Source of the DNA: Takakia lepidozioides
Taxonomy: Eukaryota; Plantae; Bryophyta
Assembly: GCA_030704615.1 (NCBI GenBank)
Contig: CM060733.1
Location: forward strand, 6,758,001-6,822,000
Direction of reading: 5' to 3'
Length of the DNA: 64,000 nt
The position numbers and the translations under genes were made by a program. Below the pieces are notes generated by a model. It ran no database searches. It saw only the letters and a program-made list of their open reading frames with translations, and had not been told where the DNA came from. Of the stretch, positions 51,031 through 62,017 are shown piece by piece (position 1 is the stretch's first letter; each line of letters begins with the position of its first letter).

Positions 51031-54000
51031 TGTCGCGCACCTCACTTCGGTAAGCTCCCCTTCAAGTCATAGTTACTTGCTTTGATGCGCGCGCCTGACT
51101 CCCAACCTGGCCGCCGGGCCAACTCGGAGCTTCGGCTGCTCACCGGGACATAACGGTCCCCCTTCGCTCTCCCGAAAGACCCTCCACCTATTTGGGCCTA
51201 GTGGAATTCCCTTTGGTAGATGGCAGTCCGGAACAGCTCCCCACTCTTTGGTCGCTTTCCGGCTCGCTCGCTTACTCACTAGTTTTTGGACACCAACGGG
51301 CTTCCACCGTTCTCGGGGTTACTACTCCCCTTATATATACTTCTGTAGCTGTCCGCGGGGGTTTCACAACCAGCCATGCCATTTTATGGTGAATCACCAC
51401 GAAGACCCTCGACTCCCGGTGGTGAGTCGCGGTGAGTCTTGGCCCACTCACCACGGCCCCTACGGCGTGGCAAAATACTTCACCGTGACATTGTCCGTGA
51501 ACACCTTCACTGGGTTGGAACCAACATAGTGGCGCCAGAGCTCAAGACAGTGCACCACCGCCTTCATCTCTTTCTCGTGCGTCGGCCACCGTCGCTCCAC
51601 TTCATTCAGTTTCTTACTTTCGTAAGCCACTGGACGTCCATCTTGCATCAGTACACCCCCAATCGCGAAGTCCGACGCATCTGTATGTATCTCGAACGGA
51701 CGATCGAACTCCGGGATTTTCAAGACTGGAGCTTCCGCCATCCGCTGCTTCAATTCAGCAAAAGCTTGGCCACAAAAGGTGTTCCATGCCCAAACTTTAG
51801 ATTTACACAGAAGGTCCGACAGCAGCCCCGCGATCTTGGCGAAATTTCTCACATACTTCCAGTAATAGGAGGTGAGTCCTAGGAAGGAACGTACTCCCGG
51901 GACCGAAGTCGGAGGCTCCCAGTCCAAGATCGCCCTCACCTTTCTGTCATCCATTTTGATCCCATCCTGTGTAATCACATGCCCCAAGAACTCCACTTTC
52001 GTGACCCCGAATTTGCACTTTGAAGCTTTGGCATACAGCTTCCCTTCTCGCAACTTTTGGAACACCCTTTTGAGGTGCTCCAAGTGCTCCTCCTTTGTTT
52101 TCGAGTACACCAAGATGTCGTCGATGTACACGATCACAAAGTCATCCAACCACTCCTGGAAAAGGCTGTTCATCAGCGTGCTAAATGTTGCTGGTGCATT
52201 GGTGAGCCCAAAAGGCATCACCAAGAACTCATATGAACCATACCTTGTCCTGCACGCGGTCTTCTCCTCATCTCCTTCCGCCACCCGAATTTGGTGATAG
52301 CCGGAGCGCAAGTCGATCCGGCTGAAATACTTCGCTCCTGCCAACCGATCGAAGAGGTCGTCGATCCTTGGCAAAGGGTACCGGTTTTTGATAGTCACCT
52401 TATTCAGAGCCCTGTAATCGACACATCCGCAGCGTCCCATCCTTCTTGTCTGCAAATAGCACCGGGGCTCCGTAAGGTGACTTACTCGGCCGGATGTACC
52501 CCTTTGACATTAGATCTTGAGCTGAGTCTTCAGCTCGACCAACTCTCTGTGGCTCAACCGTAGGGCGCCTTGGCAGGCGGTTCCGATCCCGTATCACCTC
52601 AATCTGGTCAACTCCTCTTCGCGGTGGCAAGCCGCTTGGTAAATCCTCCGGCATCACATCCTGGTATTTCTCCAAAATCCCCTTGATCCAATCTGGGCTC
52701 GGCTCCCCATCGCCTTCTCCTTCACTTCTCTAATGTAAAGCAAAAAAATGGGGCTCGTGTGCCTCCTCCACGGCCCACTCCTTTGCTGACAGAAGGTTTA
52801 TTCGCCCTCCCACGGATTTGGGCGTTTCCGACACTCGTAAAACCTCGCCACCATTCCCACATGGCAGCGTGACTACTCTCTTGCGGCCATCTATGACCGC
52901 TCCGGATTTGCTCAAAAAGGTCATCCCCAAAATGAGATCCACTCCATCGATCTCGCAGATGGTGAAGTTCTCACGTCCCTCCCAACTCCCCAGTTGAAGA
53001 GGAACATCAAACGCCAACCTTGTCGCCAACTGTGGTTCTCCTTTGGCAGAACGCACCTCAATAGAGGCCCCCACGTCACTTGTCGGGAGTCCCAACTTTC
53101 GCGCCGCCGCGGCGTCATGAAGGAGTGCGACGCTCCTGTGTCCACCAACAACGACACGTTAGTTCCGGATATTATCCCATCCACGAACAATAACTGACTC
53201 CCTTTACGCAGGGGCCAGTTTCCTGATACAACTCACAAGAATAGTTGCCTACCTTGCAAGTCCTGGCGACCACCGCTTCCACCAAGCGACTGATGGTATC
53301 TTCCGACAGCTCCGTGGTTGCCCGAGTCATGTTCAATTTGTTTCTTGGCCATGTGCCCGGGCTCCCCGCAATTGAAACACACTCCATCAAAGGTCGCCTT
53401 CTGTCCGCCATAAGCCGCTCCACCCGCTTTTCCTTTCGAAGCACCGGGTGCCGCCTTGACGTGTGAAGGCCCTCCCTTCGATTTCCACGTGCCATTGTCG
53501 CCGCGTGGCCTATCCCACTTCTTTTCCGGTCGGAAGGAGTCACCTTCCCGCCGGGTCTTCTTGTGGTTCAGCTCCGTACGGCCTTGTCTCTCACCCTAGG
53601 GACATCCGAGAAACATTCAGCCCTCTCAATTGCCTCGTTCAAAGTCTTGGGTGGCTTCTCCTCCAACTTCCGCCTGGCCCATGGGGCCAGTCCCGCCACA
53701 AAGTTGAAGACCATTTCTGGTTCTGCCATGTCCGCGACTTCGAGCAACAGCACATTGAAAGCCTGGACATACCCCGAATGTCATCTGTTTGCTTCAAATT
53801 CCTCATCTTGTCCCGGGCAAGCCAGGACGCGTTGAGGGGCACAAACTGTCTCTTCATCAATTCCTTGAACCCACTCCAGTTCAAGGTTTCCGGGCTTGGA
53901 CCTCGGTCGTGAAGGCGTTTCTGCCACCATTGTTGAGCATAGCCCCTCAAATAGGTGGGAGCCACTTCCACCCGATCCTCGTCACTCAACTTGGCCGCCC

Positions 54001-55162
54001 GGAAGTACTGCTCTAGCTCCAGAGCCAGGTGTTGAGTGCCTTCCGATTTCGGACGCCCTCGAAGGTGCCGGGTTCCTTAGGCTTCACCTTAAACTTTGCC
54101 TTAGTGGAAGTGGCATTAGCCGCCTTCAACACGTCTTTCAACGTCCCGCCAAACTGCGCCAACAACCCTTCCCAAAAGGCTGCCGGCATGGGAGGCATCT
54201 GTTGGTCTGTCGGAGCTCTCAGGATTCCTCGGGCTCCGACTCCTCGGATTCCTCCCGCTCTTGAGCGGCCTCGTTTTCAGAAACATGCATCGCTTCCTCA
54301 AACGGCCGCTTCGGTGACACGTCGCCCCCATCGGGCTCACCAGGATCATCATCTTTTGGGCCGTTCCGCTTTCGCTTTGGCTTGCCCGACCCCATGATGA
54401 GGCCAATCCCAAGGACGATCGCGTACTGAACTCTAAGCTCTGATACCAAGTGTCGCGCACCTCACTTCGGTAAGCTCCCCTTCAAGTCATAGTTACTCGC
54501 TTTGATGCGCGCGCCTGACTCCCAACCTGGCCGCCGGGCCAACTTGGAGCTTCGGCTGCTCACCGGGACATAACGGTCCCCCTTCCTCTCCCAAAGACCC
54601 TCCACCTATTTGGGCCTAGTGGAATTCCCTTTGGTAGATGGCAGTCCGGAACAGCTCCCCACTCTTTGGTCGCTTTCCGGCTCGCTCGCTTACTCACTAG
54701 TTTTTGGTCACCAACGGGCTTGCACCGTTCTCGGGGTTACTACTCCCCTATATATACTTCTGTAGCTGTCCGCGGGGTTTCACAACCAGCCATGCCATTT
54801 TATGGCGAACACCACGAAACCCTCGACTCCCGGTGATGAGTCGCGGTGAGTCTTGGCCCACTCACCACGGCCCCTATGGACCGTGATGAGTCCCAAGACT
54901 CCCCACGACTCCCACCACGAGGTCTCCGCCCCCATGGTGAGTCCTATGCCACCCCCACTAAGTCCCGCTAAGCTACCACCACCCTTGTGGAGCCACCCCA
55001 CCGCAACCCGGTGTGCGGGGCTCCACCTAGTGAGCGCCTCCGCTCCTTGAGTGCCTTGGGCACTCAAGGGTGCTTCAGCCCCCATACCTATCGCTGCCTG
55101 CCCCACCACAGGGCAGCCCCTCATGTGTCCCGACCCCCTGCCCTCAAGGCAAAGCCGCGACA
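51031..55162 (-). mobile_element. Ty3/gypsy LTR retrotransposon, internally deleted (no integrase); TSD CACAG
   Basis: 5' LTR 55162-54451 and tRNA-Met PBS TGGTATCAGAGC at 54448-54437, then gag, protease (VDTGASH), RT (YIDD) and RNase H fused at ~51465 to a partial 3' LTR. CACAG lies at 51026-51030 and 55163-55167. Confidence 0.92.
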
Positions 55163-55341
55163 CACAGAGTGTAAGCCCATTGCCCCAGGGCCCAAAGGTG
55201 TACCCAAGTACTTGTCTATGATTCCACTTTTTCATGTAACCTTATAAGGTGTAACCCCATGTAAGCCCATTGCATGAAACCCAAACTGTGAAGTGTTACG
55301 AACAAACCACATAGAAGCAAAAATGCATCAAGAGACGCTAT

Positions 55342-58300
55342 TTATTTCTTTGGCCATCTGACCAAGTCTTTGTCCATCTCGTCACACAGCCAACTAATCA
55401 TATGAGTACGGGAAGCTATCATGGTTGACTCGTTGAACCAACTTGCAGTAAACGCCCGCCTATGACGGGTTCGATCTTCTGTGGTTTTCACATTGAACTT
55501 CCACTCCAAGTAAAATTGCACAAAACAAAGTGCATAATAGCCGCACTCCCAACAGCTCCGTTGCTGGGGGACACTGGCCTCAAACCATTCCATCCTCTCC
55601 ATGACGTAACTGAAGTCATCAGATCCAGGCATGAAATCAAAGAACGCTATGGCAAAATTTCGCAAAATTCCTTCAATGAGTTTGGGTCGGGCAATGGTTT
55701 TATGGGAGTCCAAATGTACTATCCGACCTCGGCGCTCTAAAACAGCAACACTCCAGTGATCACTGCAACACAAACAAAGCCGTTACGTCAGAATAGAAAA
55801 AAACATCTCCAATGAAACCCATTGTGGTGTAACCCGGTGTGGTAACCCAGTAGTGTAACCCTTTGTACTGTAACTCTAAACGGTGTTACACAACTAGTCA
55901 GCAGTCACTAGTGCAACTCAGTCTAGAATAGAGGAGTGTAACCCAACATGCTCAGTCAACGCTGAAATTACTTACTCGAAGACAATAGGGATGACAACCA
56001 CGTCCACAAGATCTCGATTCTTGTGAACACCATCCCTCGGGCATCCTGAGTGTACCATTCTTGCACCAACCCGAATAGCGTCTGCAGATCGTTACCATTG
56101 GTACGCATGACATGCCATTGGAAAGGAGCACAGATGACAAACTCAGGTGCGATAGCCTTAAACAATTTGGCCTCCAGAAGTTTGTTGTAACCCGAGAGCA
56201 ATGCATCTGTGACAGTTGCTCTTATTTTATACATCGGCTCAAAATCTGTCTCTTCCAAGTAAAACTGTAACGGACTAGAAGCCAGGAAGGCATCGCCATA
56301 ATAAAACTTCACTTCGGGCGCCCCAGGAGGGTCCGACACCATTCTGAACTTTGTCAAGTACCGTTGTTTTAGTCTGCACAACAAACCGCACATTACGAAC
56401 ATTACGATGCATCATACAAGAGTTATAATCAATATTCAAAATCAGAGAGGATCAAAGTACAATGAGGTACCTCGAACGCTCCCGCAAGTGCTTGGCAAGG
56501 ACCTCTTGCTGCTGGACAACGTCAACCTCCGAGACCCCTGCACTTTTGCCTTTCGGTTTGGTTCGCTGTTTTGGGTGCGACAAGAACAGATACTTCTTTG
56601 TCAGCGCTAGGGGGTTCAGCCAACCGCTTTCTTTGAGCAGGCGGCCGTTTTGACCTCCTGGGATTCTCTGCAACCCTGACAATGCCGCCGTAGGGGGAAT
56701 TTCTGAGCCAGAGGTGCCTTGTTCTGAGTTTGCTGCAAGTGCTGAAGACTGCACTCCCTCGTCTGAGACGTGCTGGGGAGGTGATTGACCAAGGGCAGAA
56801 GTGTCACAGCTCACCTCCTCGGTGCTACCCCTGTCAGTGTGTCAAACCCTTCTGTTCAAACCCCTTGTCACGCTTCTTAGTGTCACCCTTCTCTTCGGCT
56901 ACCTCCTCAGTCACGATTCTCAGTGTCACCCTTCTCTTCGGCTACCTCCTCAGTGTCACTCTTCTTAGTGTCACCCTTCTCTTCGGCTACCTCCTCAGAG
57001 TCACGCATCTCAGTGTCACCCTTCTCTCCGGCTACCTTCTCAGTGTCACCTCAGTGTCACCTCTTTGGCCGCATTATCAGTGTCACTCTTCGCAGTGTCA
57101 CCCTTCTCATCGGGTTCCTTCCCAGTGTCACTCTGCTGAGTAACAATCTTATGTGTGTCACCCTTGGCAGTGTCACTCTTCTCAGTGTCTAGATGCTCCG
57201 CAACATCCTTCTCTTCGTGACTCTCCACAGTGAAACGCTTCTCAGTGTGACCCTGCTTTGTGTCACCCTTCCAACTGACAACCTCCTCGGTGACACCCTT
57301 CCCCGTGTCACCCATGTCGATGTCACTCTTCTTTGCATCAACCTCCTCAATGCCATCCTTGATTGTGTCGCCTCTTCTCCGCACCCTCCAAGACCATGTT
57401 GACTAGCAGAAGACCGTCATCCGTCGCGACTAGTGGCCGTGGCAAAGGAGTGTCACCTTCCACGACTAGTGGTAGTGGAATGTCATCCATGACAGTGTTA
57501 CACTCACTGACATCTACCATGTGGGTTGGCTGTGGGGTGTCACCCCTATCAGTGTAACCCATGTCAATGTCACTCTCAACGGAAGTTGCAGTGTTCACGG
57601 GCAATGGTGTGTCACCCACGACAATGTCCCTCACGGCATTGTCAGCCACACCGGTATCCGCAGTGTCACCCTGAGGTGCAGTGTAACCCTCCTTCCCTGT
57701 TGCTCCTCTCTGCACAGTGTCACCCTCAGGTGCAGTGTAACCCTCGGTTTCAGGGCATCCTCCCCTTGCAGTGTCACCCTGCGCATCAATGGGACCCACG
57801 AAGGCTGGGTCATTCTGAGAGAGGTTGACCACATGATCCTGACAAATACTTACATTGCTGCATCGAGGGTTCAACCCAGCATCTCCAGATTCAAAGTCAT
57901 ACACAGACTCTGGGTCAAGCGGGTCCCCGATTCTTCGATTAAGACCTTCAAAAGAAATGACTGGGGCTGCGGACAAAGAGGTTCGCACTTGGGTGTTCCA
58001 CCTTGATGTATCATCTTCAGTATCAGTATCAGAATTCATGGGCAAATCCCGCGTCAAGTCTGCTAGGTTCACCCCTAAGTGCAGCTGGGTTGAGTACAAT
58101 TCACCAACCTGCGACAAAGATACAACGGCAGATTGACTTGGAATGATGTCCTCGTCATGTACATCGTCGCTCTGCGGGGCGGAAATTGGCCCATCGCTCG
58201 TCTGCGCGCCCCTACGCCCCCTGTATCGCATTGTGGAGGGGCCCCATACACAACTTCGTGAAGCTCACGTTGAGCCTCAAAAAGGTTTTTGAACGCATTG

Positions 58301-60720
58301 GCGACTTGATTGGTCATGAGCTCGGACTCATCTGCATCGGGGAAAAGACAAAGGTTTTTAGTCGTGGAACGAGGTTTTTGAAAGTGCAAGGGTTACACTA
58401 TGTAAGGGTTACACTGACTAGGACAAGACAGTGGTTCGGATTACACGATGTGGGTTACACCACCCTGTTAGAGACAGTAGTTTGCAATTTTTACCATGGG
58501 TTACACTACTGAGATTACACAACGAGAGGGTAACAAATCTAGGGTAACACAGCGAGGGTACCATTAGGGGCACTGATTACAGGGTTACACACCGAGGGTT
58601 ACACTGTTACAAGGTTCCACATAGCGAGGGTTACACTGATTACAGGGTTACACACAACGAGGGTTACACTGAGTTACAAGGTTCCACATAGCGAGGGTTA
58701 CAATGATTACAAGATTACACACAAAGGGGTTACACGACGAGAGGGGTGACAGTGGATGGAGTAACACTTACAGAGATACCAAGGCACTACAGACCCAAGG
58801 TCTCTCATATACTGGATGCCCAAACGCGCATTGAAGTCCATTTCTGTTGGTGATTCGCTGAAGAGGCCACAACACCAAAGCTGGATAAACGATTCTCTCT
58901 GTTGGATCGCAAAGTGATGGGCGGCGCGACGACGGCTTGCCTTGCAAAACTGTATAGCTCCGTTGATCTTAATTGACCGGTCACCCCACTCTTCTGTACT
59001 CAAACTCGATCTTAAGTCTTCGAGCTCAGAATCCAAGGTCGCAATTTCCGTCACCAGGTTGTGCAAAGACATCAGACTAAAGCCGTAATACTCATCGACC
59101 AGGTCCTTCACCTTTGAGGCCGTAAGAGCACTTTCCAGAAGTTCAGTCGTGAACCCCAACCTGGGATGCGTTTGGGAAACTGACCTGCCATGATTTCTTA
59201 CATCGTTGTGGGCCAGAATTCTCAAAAGGAGTGGTGGCGGTCCAATGTGCGGTTTGGTGAGATTCTCCATTTGACTGATCAATCCTTCGGCAAAACCACG
59301 AGTGAATTCCAACGGATCTGGAACAACCAAACCTTTGATTCCATCTACAGTAATAGTGATGACAAGAGGATTTGAAGTTCTGGCATCGTCAAGGTCGGTA
59401 TTGCCAACAGCTAGTTCGTCCATCGTGTCATCATCATGTGAGGCTTGGCTCTCTCGATGGACTCGTGTAAGTCTCCCACCTTTTTTCTTTTTCTGCTTTG
59501 GCATGTCAGGATGCCCAATGCTCTCTAAATACTCCTTCACCCGATTCAATTCCTCTATCATTAACGGACCATGATCCGGCTGGGCAGTAAACGCCTTGTG
59601 GGCAGCAACAACACTGTCCATATCATCGCTTCTAAGATGATATCGAGCTCCCTGCGCAATACAGCGTGAGGGGTTACACCAGAGAAAAAGGTTACAGCAC
59701 GAGGGGTTACACATGAAAATGGGTTACAAACAAGATGGGCTACACGGGGTACACAGAGGTGGGTTACACACCATAGGGGTTTTTAAAAGGGGTCCTCTGT
59801 AGGTGGGTTACACTCTGGGTTACACGCCACAGGAGAGACAGGGGGGGTAACACAAGGGTTACATGGATAGACAACAGCCCAAAATTTGAAAAACAGAGAA
59901 ATGGCAGGGAATCCAACTTGATTGTCTGTCGATAGAACCCAACTTGATTTTGCAGCTGTCGCATGGACTGCGCCCTCGCCTCGCGCAACAAATTCTTGGA
60001 ATGCCGGCCAAAACCCCTTCTCATTGACATTCGGAAATGGGAACTGAGGAATAAGGCCATGGTAGCAGAAGGATTGAGCCTGGAGTTCGCTTTCGCAAGA
60101 TGAACCTTGAGCTCCGGTTTCCCCGGTTTCCAATGTTGATTTTCTTTGCAATAGGGACAGGTAGAGGCGGGCTCAATCGCCGCTTGTCTCTCTCGTTAGA
60201 AACCTGCCGAATAGAAGGACCAGGGACAGAAACAGCAGGAGCACCAGAAGATGGAACCTCTGTAGCAGAAATAGCCGAAGAAGGTACAACAGCAGGCACT
60301 TCAATAGGATCTGCAATCTCACCCAAAGCCACCCTATTTTGCAGAATCCATGCATGATATGCATCAACAGAAGAAGCTGGAACAGAATTCATCACATTTT
60401 CAACAGCCATGGCATGCTTGAGCTCCGCATCAGGAAACGGTTTTGTTCCTTTCGGTCTGGCCATACATGCGGCCGTTCCATCGACAATATGCCGATTCAA
60501 TCTGCTCTTATCTACCTTTACTGCCCCACAATAAGGACATTTGAACTTAGGCCGGCCCTTTGCTCCCTCCACCTTGGCCTCTCTACACCTGGTGTGGCAG
60601 TACGCGATCATTGTAGCATGCTCATGCTCAGTGTACCAGAAGCGAACTCGTTCGCCATCCCTTTTCAAGTGATCAAATGGAATAGTAGCCTCTCCAGGGA
60701 ACAAATAACAATCAGCCATG
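55342..60720 (-). pseudogene. Multi-exon MULE accessory gene: N-terminal C2H2-like zinc finger, helical region, acidic GDT-repeat linker, C-terminal Ulp1/C48 cysteine protease; several frameshifts
   Basis: FKCPYC...LNRH (60480-60540). Spliced DVVVIPIVFD|DHWSVAVL...HLDS...PQQRSCWECGYY gives the His-Asp-Gln-Cys catalytic set. GT-AG sites lie at ~59917/59652, ~58780/58332, ~56470/56373 and 55975/55763. Confidence 0.75.
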
Positions 60721-61559
60721 ACAAAAGAAAAAGCTGACAGAGAGAAGAGAAGAGCAAGAGCAAGAAAAGACAAGACAAGAAAAGACCAAGACCAAGAGAA
60801 TTCCGAAGAACGCACAACAGGGAGCACGCACAGCAAGGAGTGCAGGAAGAATATGAAAGGCTGCGAGAAGGGAAAACTGAACAATGATCAAAGAACGAAA
60901 ACGAAGCTAGCTAGATGTCACCCGTAAGGCACGTCGGTTAAGCGAAAGACGGCGGTTCATTAAAATCTGGCGGCTTGCAATCAATTATATCCGCACTGAC
61001 TCACACGTGTATGAGTTGCAATCCCGGTGTCACCCGGAATAGCGGAGTGTAACCCGTAACCCTACACTTGTGAGCGCGACAAACCGGCCGTTACCGCATG
61101 CCAGGCACGTCGAGTGTAACCCTCCGTCAGGTACCCACATATGATGTAACCCTTCGTCACAACCTCATGTACCCCTAGTCTATGTGACTCCCGAACACAA
61201 CATCGATGTAACCCTGTCATATCAAACCATTAGTATGCAACCTCCAGGTAAACATGGTCAATGTAATGCCCCACCCATGTAACCCTAGCCTATGTGGCTC
61301 CGCGAGCGCAACATCCACGTAACCCATCAAACATGTCAACCCCATCTAAACCTCCATTACTAAACCGTCTACCAAGCTAGCATGTATTGAGAAAGAAAAC
61401 ACCGTGTAACCCCCTGTGTGTAACCATAGCACACGTGAGGTAGTCATATAAACCATCAGACATGTAACCGGTTGACAGTGCTTGCAAAACACGCATGATT
61501 CGATACGTATTGCATCCATAATAGCGATGAGTAGGCTGCCCCGGCTGGTGTGTGAACAA

Positions 61560-61690
61560 AAGATACACGAGAGGAGAGTGAATGGGCACCCCGTCAAATG
61601 AGCGGCTGCTTGCATGGCTAGACCGAAAGAAACAAAACCCTTTCCTAATGCGGATCTTAGGAATACCATAGCCATCGGGGACGGTGACAA
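61560..61690 (+). pseudogene. Inverted, diverged fragment of the zinc-finger exon
   Basis: RVNGHPVK*AAACMARPKETKPFPNADLRNTIA versus RLNRHIVDGTAACMARPKGTKPFPDAELKHAMA at ~60410-60505 (-). Confidence 0.75.
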
Positions 61691-62017
61691 AACAACAAGA
61701 ATGACATTGAGAAAGAAAAAGAATAGAGACAACCGTATCAATCGTAGAGAAAACCGTAGTATAGATTTGACGGATCGCTGCGCGGAAAGCGTTGTCTTGT
61801 ATGTTGCTGGGATGACGATACTGAACTGAATGAACTACAAATCTTTCGCATTGATGTGTGAAGCCGATTGGGCACCATGGGAATTGCAGAAAGCTGATGC
61901 CCCAAAGCAAAAAAACGAGCGAGCTAGGAATCTGAAAAACGGATGGAGAGAGCAAATTAGGGTTTCGGCCTCTATTTAAACCTCCATTCGGCCGTCGGAT
62001 AGTTTACACGTGTATGA

